A stretch of DNA of 62,610 nt, counting the filler, from Choristocarpus tenellus KU-1152 (taxonomy: Eukaryota; Protista; Phaeophyceae), in the NCBI GenBank assembly GCA_964200185.2. It is 10 parts of 10 records of this genome, joined end to end, with 100 filler letters (N's around TTAATTAATTAA, not from the genome) between each part and the next. Parts side by side here need not be neighbours in the genome. Positions count along the whole stretch, not along the records: positions 1 to 7,186 come from CAXNAD020006568.1; positions 7,287 to 10,933 come from CAXNAD020018757.1; positions 11,034 to 21,513 come from CAXNAD020002905.1; 7 more parts are not named here. One strand, written 5' to 3'. Position 1 is the stretch's first letter. Every line of letters begins with the position of its first letter. This document shows, in pieces, positions 1-12,692 of this stretch. The translations under genes were made by a program, and so were the position numbers. The notes below the pieces were generated by a model that saw only the letters and a list, made by a program, of their open reading frames with translations, had not been told where the DNA came from and did no database searches.

Positions 1-1284
1 AAAAAGAGTGAAAAACGGACGCCGCCACCCCCCCCCCCAGATACTTTGACCCACATGCCAGAAACAAACTGAAGTCATTGGCAACCATTGTCCGGACATG
101 GAAAGTTTAGGCAGGCCAGTGAGTTGGACATGGACCAGTACAATACCCTGTGGACATAGACCAGGATATATTATTAACTCTGGGACCGGTTCAGGCATGG
201 ACCAGTTCAAACCTAGTGGAAATGGACTGAGACTAATTGTGGGACCTGTCTAGTCAGTGAACAGGATTTTTTTTTTCTTGTCCAGTGAGAAGTCCTGGCA
301 TCTTTGACTATCACTATTCTTTTTAGGAAATGCAATATTATTAATGCTGTACCACCATGAACCATGATCATAGTCATTTTCCATGTTAGTGCTTCAAAAT
401 GATCTTCAGTATCTGTGACTAACAATATTTATTTTATTTTAGGAAATTCTTTATTATTAATGCTTTACCACAGTCAACTACAAGAGAACGCAAGCAAACA
501 CTGGAAATTAAAAAAGATAAAGCAAAGCTAAGAAAGCAGTGTAATGGTAGGTTCAGTCCAGTGGATGGATGTACAACACTTTAATGCTGGTATGGCATTG
601 AGAGCAGGTATAAAATGTATCAGATCTATATAAACAAAAAGAGAGAAAAAAATGTGCTACAATGCTTGGCACATGCCTGAGCTGAGGAACAGGTTATGGA
701 TTCGCCTGCATTCAACACTCCAACCATCACACCTAACCCCACACTCAAATACAAACACATGTTGAAATTGGGTGCCTGTGAATGGTCAAGTTCCTCACAA
801 CAGCAGTTAGGTGCCTAACTGTCCATCTACATATGATCTTCTGCCCAATGTACATCCCAACTACAATGTCAACCAGGGTGTCCACTTGGACAAGTCTTAA
901 CCCAAGCAACAAGCGTTCTTCAGGGTGCCTTTATCTTCAAAGAAAGTGGATTAATCAACAGGTCTACGGCTTTGTTGGTCAGGCAATGAAGTCAGAGCAG
1001 CAGGACCACAACAGAGGGGAATCAGTGTATAGAATCCAAATATCTGCAGCCATGACTCTAAACACCTAGCCAAAAAAAAACATCTGCAAAGGTAAAAGAA
1101 CGGTCATCTATCTCTTCACATCAAACAAAAAAAAACGCTAGCGGCAGCAACCTCAATCCCCGCACCCTCTAATCTCATGAGTGGCCAATGTAACAGATCC
1201 AAATCCATATTCCCTATAACCCATTATGGAGTCATGACATGACACGCCTGTTGCAGAAGCGTGCACCAGTGGCTATTAATAGCC

Positions 1285-4015
1285 TTACGTCTTGGTGTCC
1301 CTTTCAACTGCTTTGCTCAAATAGATGCGCGCTGGCCGACGGCGACTCATGGCAATAATTTCATCTTCTAGTGCCGCTACCTCAAACCCCATCCCTTCGT
1401 AGAGGGAGAGAGCCACTTCATTGCCCTGGTGGAGCAGATTAGCAACAACACAAGAGGGGCCAAGGGATATATCAACAGAGGACCAATAACAAAAAAGTAT
1501 ACCTTTGTTCAATATGACAGCATTTTGTTTTTGAGGAGCAGATATTTAGTCGGCCTTGTGGAAATGCTCTTAGTACAGCTCTACAACGGAGTATGACGCT
1601 TCCCCAAATTCATGCCGGATAGGAAATAATAACCAAGATTACAACATTAGCACGCTGCAACTTTCAAACACCAAAATCCTGAGAGCATACTCTACAACAC
1701 CAGTCTGTAGTAAACACGATCTCAAGAGTTGAACTACTATGCATCACTGCTGTGGCTAACAAGGTGTTTCAAATGCTTGGCATAGTAATTCACCCGTTAC
1801 CTTCTCCACAGTTACATAGACCAAGTCATCTTCACTCCAAAGCTTGTCCACCAAAGCAAAGGCTGATGTTATCAAGAACCGACCAATGCCCCGCCGTCGC
1901 TGCCAATAACAAAGCAAGGAGAGAGGGGGGAGTTGGGGGACTCAAAAAACCACTCTAAGAAATTTTTCAACAAGAACTGAAGGGAGTATAACGCTCGCTC
2001 TATCTGTGCAGCACTTGGATAGCACCCACAACCTGTTCATGGTTGTTTCTCACCAAGGTGCGAAGTATGGTGTGACAATCTCCTATAGATCAGTATGTAT
2101 TGCCCAGAGCTCATTGCTGGGTTGTACTCAAGAGGATTATAGAGGTCTGCCCTTCCCATTTCTATCTGCCCCTTGACGACTTAAAGCTACCTTCAGACAT
2201 CAAGCTCAAGCCACACAAATAGGAACCTTCAAAGAAGGTGTGAGAAAGGGCAATCCTCTTCAATTTGCTGAAATCTGTTCTGAATCCGCAAGAAGTACTG
2301 TCAGGGCCAAATGAGAACTTCCAATGTGCAGCACAAGAATGTTTGACAAAAAAAATACACCTTTTACCACTCATTGTTTTGCATTAGTATGCCCCTGTGC
2401 TGTGACATGTGCAATAAAAAGGATACCCAGTGACGAAATAAACTATACTCAAAGTACTGTTACACACAGCAACACCATGCATGCCAGATTCAACTACAAA
2501 GAGTTACTTGTAATGTTTGTCAAATCACAAAAAAACGTCTCAGTGCAGGGGTGTTGCTTTTCACACATGAAGGAGGTCTTGGAGGGTCAATTCGGTACAG
2601 AAAAGCTGTTCCAGGGTGCAATAGAGATATACTTTGACAGAGGTTCCAGGCCCTCAAACATACTGTAGCAGTGTTCAACAACCACATACAGTCCAAGCTC
2701 TTTATCTTTGGAAGGGACACTAGCAACGAATAGGTGGCTCATTACAAGTATGTGAGAAAGGCAGGAGGAGGCCCTTCTTGGGAAAGAATCAAATCTTTTA
2801 CAGGAGGAGAGGAAAATCCTTGCACTTTCCCTGGATGGAATGTCATTGTCAATTTGACCTGCTTCAAAAATCATGATGTAAAAGCAAACATGTCTTTTCG
2901 CATTATCAACACAACCAATGCAAAAGACTCACCCCCCAAAAACGGGTTTCTTAGCCACTGTCTCTCTTTTCGCCACCCTAGCACTTCTGTATGGAAGCTA
3001 TTATATACATACCAGGCAGTATGCCTTAAAGTATGTAATGGAACAGGGAATTCAATCGTAGCCACAAGATAAAAGCGATTACATTATAGCAAATCCAAAG
3101 GAGATTGTACCTGATTCTTGTCCACCACAACGTTTGCAAGGTATGGCACATCCCTTGTTTTAGCTCCACCTTGACGCCTGGCCTCAGACTGACTAGTCGA
3201 GGGATTCGACAATGCAGAACGCTCACTGCCTGTTGGGGCGGGCAGCATTCCTATTTCAAGAAACCCAACTACCTGACCCGTATCGAGATCCTTGGCTACC
3301 ACACAAGCATGGCTGATCTCGTTTCGCTTAATTAGCCCCAGTCGTGCACGTAGCTGTCCAAGAAAGCTGAATTCCTTCACACAGCAGGTGATCCACAACA
3401 ACACATGGCGCTTAAACTTGAGACAACCATACACTGGTGTGAAATGTGATAGGTAGGGACGGAGGTTGTTGTAAAGAAAGTTGGGCAGTCCAAAGAAGAG
3501 GGAATTTGCGGACAATCCCACTCACCCAGCACACACAAGGTGGAAAGTTAATATCACACAGCTACCTGCACAAGCTGGATGGGCTTCATCCACCATTCGA
3601 ATGGCCCCCGAAAACACTCGATGCAAATATGGGAGACCTGAGGCATGTCTGCGCTGCTCGCACTCCGAACATACACACCAACATCTGGACCCGTCAAACT
3701 TTGTAGTATTAGATCCTGCTCCTTCCGTTGACTCTTCACTTCTTTCGGCCAATTTCCCCATCCGGAAGTCTTCTTTGCCTGCTGCTCATTAGAGTAGAGC
3801 TTCTGCTGAGTACGACCAACACGTGGGGTCACACCCGTGTTGATATTGGTAACACCATTGCCAGGAGCAAAGGCATTCACCACGGGGGTCATAAGCGATG
3901 CTGCTAGGAGGATTGCAGTTGCATCTCTCGACCAGCTCCAACCTCCTCTCGCCTGTTGACTCCTCCTTCGCCCCACACATGTATTACAGGACATGATCAG
4001 TATTGGACATGTCAT
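1285..4015 (-). CDS. GNAT-family N-acetyltransferase with bipartite plastid-targeting presequence (4 exons, ~317 aa)
   Basis: Exons 4015-3566, 3374-3111, 1899-1801 and 1425-1285 have GT-AG boundaries, are all phase 0 and total 954 nt. The splice gives ...PYLANVVVDKNQ|RRRGIGRFLITSAF...VYVTVEK|GNEVALSLYEGMGF..., i.e. GNAT motif A (RxxGxG) and motif B (N..A..LY...GF). The N-terminus has hydrophobic AILLAASLMTPVVNA followed by FAP (ASAFAP-like). The start could be the first or a nearby ATG. Confidence 0.88.
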
Positions 4016-5309
4016 CTAACACAAAACTGAAAAGTAAAGAGAAATGTTCAACACCATTCAGAGGCATTTACATGTGATACAAACTAAAAATAGATTTATA
4101 GTGGATGATCGTCAACATTTTGACGCAATATCTTAACGCATAATAACTTGTGGTGTTCTTATTGTTAGTAGGGAGAAAGAGTTCATTTCCAAAGGCAGAG
4201 AGTAGTGCAGAAGTTTTGGGGTGCATACCCTTCCGTTCTATGATGCGTGGCATGGAGCATCTCACAACTAACTATATAGTGATATATCGTGGATCTGGTC
4301 CTCCTCTTGGACTCTCTGTGATGTGACTATCGTAGTAGCCTTGCAATACTTTGACATCCTGAGTGTGGAACTACGTCACAAGAAAGTTCATCTACACAGA
4401 ACAAGCAAACCAACCCCCGCTTTGGAGAGCCTCATCTTTAAAAGTCTTAAGGAATTAGGTTTCCAAAGCACCTTTTGATTTTGAAAGGACCTCTTGAGGC
4501 ACACTCCAAACCTACCAATGGTTTCATGGGATTCGAAGCCCCCTTTTTCTTGCGGAAGATGTTTTAGAGTGTTCTTGAAACATACTGCACAGACGAATGC
4601 GAAACCCCCCATTGTCAAGTTTTTGGCTTTGACAGCATGACATGACAAAAAACAACTTCAGTGTGGTGAACAATGATTTGATTATATTTTGCGTACTACA
4701 TGGGAAATCATAGTAGCAGCATTACTTAACATCATCCAGAACACGAAACGTGCGAGTAGGGGTAGCGATCAGTCTCGGAAGGTAATTTCAAGGTACTCTA
4801 AAACAACACATACCATTTTGGAGGATCTGACAGATTGTCATAGTCGCTAAATATCTCAATGTGTTGCTTTAGAGGCGTTATGTTACACTTATAAAATAAG
4901 AGGGTTTGTGACTTACTATAATGATCATTGATGCAATTCTACTGGTGGTTATCACCACCGTTGATTGCTGGTCATCACACACTACACGGACTTGGCGATC
5001 AGAAAGAGACCTGTTTTGGTGAGTGGAAGGGCTACGCTAGACGTCGAGATAAGTTAGAGAAAAATTACACACACATCGCGCGTATCATCGCGCGCCATAT
5101 ATACCGAAACTTTGGGAAAGGTTGTATGGCCGGATGACTTGTGGAATACCCACTATCTCCTTCAAAGGACACCATTGTATCAATTGATTATTGTTTGAGA
5201 CTAATGGATGAGACTGATTTTTAGTGCTAATTCACAAGTCTGCGACAATTGGAACAAACTGTGTTAATGACCAGGAAATAAGATATTGCAGACCTGGATA
5301 GGAATATGA

Positions 5310-5555
5310 GAGCCAAAGTATCTTAGAGGGTAGAGCCACGTCCATTTGGGGGCCAAAATCCAGTGTTGCGATTTCAATGTAAATTTGGCTATCGTGTTTG
5401 TTAGGAAGTGTCAACACGCTTGTTCCAAACACACCTTTCATAACATTAACATTTTACCTACTCCGAAATATTTTGGACTACGAAAATGTCATAAAAACCC
5501 AAGCTCCAAATGGACAAACAGGGCAAAACTCGTACCCTCTAAGATACTTTCACTC
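5310..5555 (+). mobile_element. MITE family A (~250 bp, TIR GAGYSAAAGTATCTTAGAGGGTA)
   Basis: TIRs at both ends, flanked by the 4-bp direct repeat ATGA. About 10 copies occur in the window. Confidence 0.9.
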
Positions 5556-6442
5556 ATGAACCGTATTGTCGGCGACCCGTCGACGTAATACATGTATCTG
5601 TTAAATAACCTTGACGGTAACTATTGCTATTCTTATGACGTGAAAACTGAGCGGAAGGGGTAATGAACCTCACACCTGACAGAAGAAAAAAGAATGACCA
5701 AGTCCCACCCAAAAACAAGTTATCGCTCCCCAGATTACGGTGGAACAGGCTTAGGTCATTAGTCACATAGTCACTCCTAGCCTTATCCTAAGGGGGACTG
5801 AAGACAACCACCAAACTTAAACAAAACTCAAAAAAAGGATAATCAACATCGTCTTCAACGGACACCATGTGGTCTTTTCAACAAGTCTATTCAACAAAGC
5901 AATCTGTTCGTTTTTTCTACATCACTTTGTTATGTACACAATAGTGTACGCAAAATTGACATTTGCCCTTTCCACACACAAAGTGACACCACGATCAAGC
6001 AAAGGCTCTTTCTGCAATTATACAAAACAAATTATTTTTGCCCTTTCTCGGGATCCTTAAAATACAATCCTGCCTACCTCTGAGTTGATTTGGCTCATGG
6101 TGTGATAAGCCGCTGCATGGAATAGGCCACGCTCCTTCAAGTGAAGAGTCGCTTTTGCTGGCTAGATGTTGATGTCAACACCAAGTGGGGGACCGCCAGC
6201 ATGTGATGGGATGGGGCTCCCAGGATGCATAGGATGGCCCCATGTGGAAAAAGCCTAAACTACCATGGAAAACTGTGTCACCAATGTACCATCCACACTG
6301 TGCTGTCTGAATTTCAAGAAATCGTGAGAAATGATCAAATTATCACGCTTTACCTCGTTTTTTTCCGAACTTACCGTTATCCTCATAGTTTTAACCTCAA
6401 CACCTTCGCGGGGGAAGTTTTGGGCGCCTCAGTAAGCAAGAA

Positions 6443-6623
6443 GGCTAAAAGTATCTGGGGGGGAAGTGGTGGCTGTCCATTCGGGGTTTATTTTTCTATG
6501 TCCCGATTTTTGGGTGATTTGGTTTCATGCGTCGGATGGGTAGAGTAAGTGCACTTCTTCTGGTCAGACCCTGAATGGACACCCTTGTGTAGACCCCCCT
6601 CCCCCCCCCAGATACTTCGAGCC
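6443..6623 (+). mobile_element. MITE family C (~180-200 bp, TIR GGCTCAAAGTATCT-polyG)
   Basis: TIRs with poly-G/poly-C and a 4-bp flanking repeat AGAA. Partial copies occur at 1-51, ~10330-10477, 21614-21652, ~26340-26410, 38740-38802, ~40573-40620, 43275-43315, 47003-47126, 47850-47901 and 48382-48470. Confidence 0.9.
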
Positions 6624-7186
6624 AGAAAAAAACCCCGATGATTTGGCTACACATGCAGTGGGGGGGTTAGAGGCGGGATGTTTTAGCAGGAAATGGACTG
6701 TCAAGTCCCACTAACAACAGATGGTGTCCATCACTGCACAAGTGGCTAACTCGAGATGCGTCAAGCATTTCAACTTTGACACACCGTGCAGATGGCCAGG
6801 GAAGGGCCTGTCAGATTCTTGGGATACTTCCCTAGCTCCTCACTCCCTTTGGTAGGGCTAAGCTAGGTTGGAGGCATAGCAGCAATATACACATAACACT
6901 GTAATTCCATAAATCTTTAAGGGAGTATTGTAATATAGGTAGTATTTTAATAGTAAATCGTTTTTGGAGAGGTATCTTTTACATTTACGACAATTGTTAC
7001 TTTTACAGGGGTCCTTGTGATGTTAGTTTGTCTTTTTCCCTGACACGTTTTCAAAATGTCAGAGGGCATAAATAATATGTATCATTTCTGTAGAATATAT
7101 TTTTTATTTTGCCCTCTGACATTTGCAGATAACAGTCGATTTCAAAAATTGAGGATGGAGCTTTTCATTGAGGATGGGCTTGACCC

Positions 7187-7286
7187 NNNNNNNNNNNNNN
7201 NNNNNNNNNNNNNNNNNNNNNNNNNNNNNNTTAATTAATTAANNNNNNNNNNNNNNNNNNNNNNNNNNNNNNNNNNNNNNNNNNNN
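7187..7286. other. Artificial contig linker N44-TTAATTAATTAA-N44 (also 10934, 21514, 26229, 38640, 43316, 48471, 53106, 59442)
   Basis: An identical 100-bp spacer with stops in all six frames occurs nine times. Confidence 0.97.
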
Positions 7287-7305
7287 AAGTGTGTTGACAA
7301 AAAAG

Positions 7306-7503
7306 GGCTCAAAGTATCTGGGGGGGGGGGGGTGGGGGATGCCGGCTGTCCATTTGGGGTCAAAAAAATTTCATGCTGCAATTTTTTGTGATTTGTTTGC
7401 ATTCATCAGATCGATAATGTAAGTGCACTTTCCCTGGTTTTGGCCAAATGGGCACCCTGGTGTAGAACCCCTGCCTCCCCCCCTCCCACAGATACTTTGG
7501 GTC
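7306..7503 (+). mobile_element. MITE family C copy
   Basis: Both TIRs present, with AAG/AAG flanks. Confidence 0.85.
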
Positions 7504-10500
7504 AAGATGCTTGTCTGGATATTTGGCATTAGTGGTAAAGAGCCTTGTGCCCTTGGAGAGTTTGCCAAGAGTTTCAGAGCGCTGAACTCCTCATCAACGT
7601 GTGGGAAGGGTCTGCGTTCAGAAGCTCAACAACATGTACATGCATACAAAACATTTTTTAGCGATTTGTTTTTCCCCTCCGAACACTCTTTCCAATGCTG
7701 CTGCAGACCTAAATCGAGAACACCTTAGAAGAGAAATCGATGCGAACATACCGGTAACGCACTTTTAAGAAAAAAAGGTTCTAACTGTTTTTCTAAAACA
7801 CCTTCCGCTCTTGTAGACCCCGGTTCTTCTCACATAGCTTTTTTTTTTAATACAAATACAAAAAGTCAGATTTTCAATAGAAAAAAAACACACTAAAACA
7901 TCCAACACCAAACACCAAAAAACTTACGTTACGAGTTCTTATGCCACAAACAATGATGCCGATACAGGGGGAGATGAAACTCCCTCTTCTCTTCGTACAA
8001 CAACCCTTTGTTGAAGGTTCAACTATGTGTATGTTTTTTTCTAAAGCCTTGATGGACCCGATACGGCTCAAGTATTTTTTTTTTTGAGGATTTTGGTAGA
8101 TTCGCTTTGCAAACACATTTTTTTCCTTCTATGGTGCTAGATTTCTTTCTCATCCAGTGTGTGTTGCCTTATGTGGACTCCATACCTTTTTTTGAATACG
8201 GGTCTCAGACCCCTAGGAGTAGTTTGAATAATAATAGCAATAATAATAATGTTGGCTACATCCCACCCACGACATACTGATACTAATACTAATAGTGATA
8301 CCACAACTGCAGGAGATTTTGCACACCTGTCTTTTTTAGAAAAATATTTAAATCAGCTCCAGACTCCCTCAACCTTCTTGGGTGATAGTATCCTAGGGGG
8401 GTGGATGTTTAACCTAGGTTGTCCATTTGGGGCTTGATGAGTAGTTGTTAGATACCCCAGTTTAATGCCCAGTTCGCAAATGATTTTCCTTTGGATTTAG
8501 TTCAGACAAGGGAATGGAAAATGAACATATGATGATTGCCCTTGCATCTAACACATTTATCCAAATGACAGGAAAATCGCTACAGGGTCAAGCAGGTCCC
8601 TATGGATGCCTGACCCACCCTCTAGGATACTATTTGGTCCATTTTTTGAGTGGGAAAAGTGGAAAATCTTTCTGCTAGTGGGTCTCCGCATCTATCTCCC
8701 CATTTACGCCCACACAACTCTACTAGCCTTTTCCATCTCATTTGTGTGAAGAAATCATGGGTAACTGTCTGCCCTCTGTTGTTGTACAGTTTTTTTTTCT
8801 TTCTTACCCTAACCCCTCCCTTCCAGCCAATGATCTGTGTAGAAGTCACCTCAGTTTGCTTGTACTTTTAAAAAGTGTCATCACTGCACTGCACTGCAAT
8901 TCAATGCTTCAACACAGTAGCCAGCCCTTTATTCTACTGTACGTCCTTTCCTGCATTGGATACACTTGGAGTTGCAATATATTTGCCAGGCGATGGATGT
9001 CCCCCCCCCCTCCCCCGCAGACTCCGGAACACGAAATACAACAAATATAGAAAGGGAACTCGTGAACGAGAGCTATGCCACATCCAACCCATCTTCCCTT
9101 CAGTTGAAAAATGATAAAAAAAATGACTTGAGAACAGTCACCTGCCATGGGGGTAGGTAGCCCATCCTCCGAGTTGTATTTGTAATTCTAAAAAAATAAA
9201 AAATCCCTCGTCTTGTCATTAGTAAGAGATGTTCTACACCGTTAGATTTTCTGACATATTGGTGGTGAGAGGTCATGTTCTAGTCAAAAGCGTTTCAGCA
9301 AGTTGCGCCTAAAATGCACCATGCAAAATATGATAAGCAATATTTTTAGCGGGACTAAGGTACAAGATAATATTATCACACCATCATACTGAATACAAGC
9401 AACAACTGGTATTAATCCAAATAATAGCTGTGACTTGTATGGATATGCTGCTAGTTGTACGGCAAATTGATGCTCTACAACCAAGAGAAATGTATGTTCC
9501 TTCTGCACAAAATGTTAAGGGGAGGGCTAAAATATCTTTGGCAGGAGCTGTATTGGACAAACACCACACATACTTACAATTGAACTCAACCAAGAACACC
9601 ACACTCTTTGGTTTACTTCTGCACTTCCCTGTTCTTGACCGAGTCTTGACAAAACAACAAATCTCGAGAGTCAACACTCCTGTATGGAACAGTAAGTACC
9701 CTCTTGATCAAAAGCACAGATACAACCAACCTGACTACTGCAACTGTCAAAGCCACCATTCAGTGACTGCTGGGCTATGGGCGCCTCCACCTTTACCTTT
9801 GCACATGTGCACATCTTCTAACTGTTGAGGAAAAAAACTATTTCCTATGGGGGGTTTGAACGATCATGTCAAGATAAGGATGACAAATTGAAAGCGAAGG
9901 TAATTGGTTGGGAAACACCGTAACAACAAAGCTACTCACTCCATTTGCCAAGGGGTGTGTGCAAAATCCCTTTCAGATGAACATTACAGTGAAGGGAAAA
10001 TGTCATGCCTGCTAAACTAGGGCATGGCAATGGGGTAAGTTCTTTAGTTGGGTGGGGCTGCTTGACTCCTCATTGGGTCGGTGTGAGTGGTTTCTTTGGC
10101 AAAACCAGGCTAGGCCAGCTGAGGGGCTGCAGAGCCTGACAACATCCCCAACATCTTGCCACAGATGGTATATAACTTCAACGTGCCTAACTCTACAGTT
10201 CATGGAATAACTCCATTTCAGTGTTGATAACAATGGCTTCCATTATCAGGGCAACAGAGAGGTGGACCAAAGGGGTGTTGTCAGACCAATGGCTAAGAGT
10301 GACTTAATGTATCTGTGTGTGTGTATGTGTGGCGGCTGTACATTTGGGGCCAATTTTTCCATGTTGCGATTTTTTGGTGATTTGGTTGCACATGTCGGAT
10401 GGATAATGTAAGCTCCTGGTCAGAGCCCAAATGAACACCCTGGTGTAGAACCCTCCCCCCCCAAGATACTTTGAGCCAGTCTGATAACATTGCCTGACTC

Positions 10501-11706
10501 ACCATTTGAGGCCTTGTTGTTGATATGTCTCTGTTTATGCTGATGTCCATTAGATCACCAGGGGTTCAACTGCCAACACCTCACCAGTCCAAAGATGGCC
10601 GAGTCAATCCTTGGGCAGGTTGCTTCATCTGCCTCCCACGTTCCAACTGCTACTTTTCAATGTCCCTGATAGTGGATGGTATATGCACATGAATCTTGTG
10701 CAGTCATTTCCCCACTTGTGCACTAGGGTGACAAGCATTGGGTATATACAATCTCCTCGTTTGGTGTTTGGTAAGCCACACCCCATTTAGCAGGTCAAGC
10801 ATGCTTTCTCTCAAGGCTACATCTACTCCAGCAGGTGAACGGCAACCAAATGGGATGGGAGGGGGGGGGGGAGTTGGAAGGAAGAGGGAAAGAATGAACA
10901 GCAATCAAGTCATGGCTTGAGGGGAAATTGACTNNNNNNNNNNNNNNNNNNNNNNNNNNNNNNNNNNNNNNNNNNNNTTAATTAATTAANNNNNNNNNNN
11001 NNNNNNNNNNNNNNNNNNNNNNNNNNNNNNNNNATTCATAAACGTATTCTTCGAAAATATTAGTCAGTTTGTATACATACACACACCGCATACAACGGAT
11101 TCGATAGGAGTAACTGTAAACACAACATATGGTTTAAATAAACCCTAAACCACTAACCACCCTACAGATATCACCTAAGAATCTAATCGGTTACATGTCT
11201 GATTCATCCTTACTCACTCTTTGTAGTAAGGGGAGAGGTAGTTGTCCATGTCTAAATCAGTATATAGTTAGGTCCAAAGGTTGGGATTACTGTAATATGT
11301 CACATATACCCCAAGTATAGATCTTTCTTGTGATTCATAGGGATATTTTGTAGTTGAGCCTTAGTCATGTGTTTCCCACTTACAACTATTTCATCCCAAA
11401 AGTATGTGCATTATGTTTGGGTGATATTTTTGCCAAATATCATTGGTAAGTTGAAGGTACACCAATTAGTGATGGATATTCATTCACTAAAATAACACTA
11501 AAACTGTGATTCTTGGGCGATGTCTTATATGAGGCGTGATAGAGGTCTCAAGAGCCCCACTGTTACTAAAAAAATAACCTAGCAGAAGTCAAGAGTGGAA
11601 AGTAAATTTGCCCCACCTAACCTGCACTCGAGTAGAACAACAGGTTGTCTTCGACTCTCAATGTGTGTGCTACAGATACACTGCCATCATGAGAGACAAT
11701 GTCAAT

Positions 11707-11960
11707 GAGCCAGAGCATTTAAGAGGGTAGGGCCACGTTCGTTCGGGATCATATATCCATTGTGATTTTGACGAATTTTGACTATCCTGTTTGTTAGCAA
11801 GTGTCAATATCCTTGCTCCGGACGCACCTTTCATAGTCGTATACATTATGGGTGTCTGTGTTCACACAGAAAACCGAAGAGGGGCACAAAAACCCATGGA
11901 AACCCTAGCCCCAAACGGACAAACAGGGCAAAACTCCTACCCTCTTAAATGCTTTGGGTC
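11707..11960 (+). mobile_element. MITE family B (TIR GAGCCAAAGCATTTAAGAGGGTAGG)
   Basis: TIRs present and the internal sequence is homologous to family A. Other copies are at 14145-14673 and ~35425-35672. Confidence 0.85.
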
Positions 11961-12692
11961 AACATTACTTTGTTGGGTTACCTGAGGGAGTTGGAGATGG
12001 GGTGAATGTCCATTGCTTCATTTACGGTGACTATGATCTAGGAGGTATTAACTTCTTTGTGTATGTTGTGTTTTGGTATTCGGACAGAAGACAAGAAAAC
12101 AGTCGCACTCTTCTTGGTGCAACTCTCCCTGCAGGTGGTATATAATTTGTGCTCAGAGTGTGCATTTACAAATGATCTGCTTGTTGGTCATAAAAAACAT
12201 ACGCATGCATCCAACAGTGCCCAATGACAACTTTACAACATTTGAATGCAAGAAAAATATCATCTATTTCCAGACTGCATTATTGGTGCATCAGCAAAGC
12301 CTTGTTTGTTTTGCACCTTAGCAGCATTCCTAATTGTGTGACTGGCTTCCAATATTTGCCTTGGAAATAAACAACAAATTACGGCTGTGTACAATACTCT
12401 TTCACCACACCACGCTGCTTCTATGATCCTGATAGCTCTTTCATCTTGCGGCCAGGGGGTGATTGTAAATCAAGATTAAGACGACCTGAGACATTTTACT
12501 GTGGTCAACACCAAGCAAATGCTCAGCTGTGGCATCAATAGGCAGTAGAAACAGAGACCTCTGCCAGTATAATCCTGTTTCAACTCCACCCAACCCGCTG
12601 CCAGCAGTGGCCCGACAAAGATTATTGCAACCACCAACAGGAACTTTACAGCAGATCTCTCGGTAAGTTCTCCCAGTACCACACCCTACCCT

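Noticed and set aside
1900-3110. Protein-like broken frames in GNAT intron 2
   Set aside because: Too degenerate to assign, and the GNAT gene splices in frame without them.
5232-5588. Short ORFs such as MGAKIQCCDF... and [13 protein letters not shown]... recurring in the ORF track
   Set aside because: They are translations of non-coding MITE copies.
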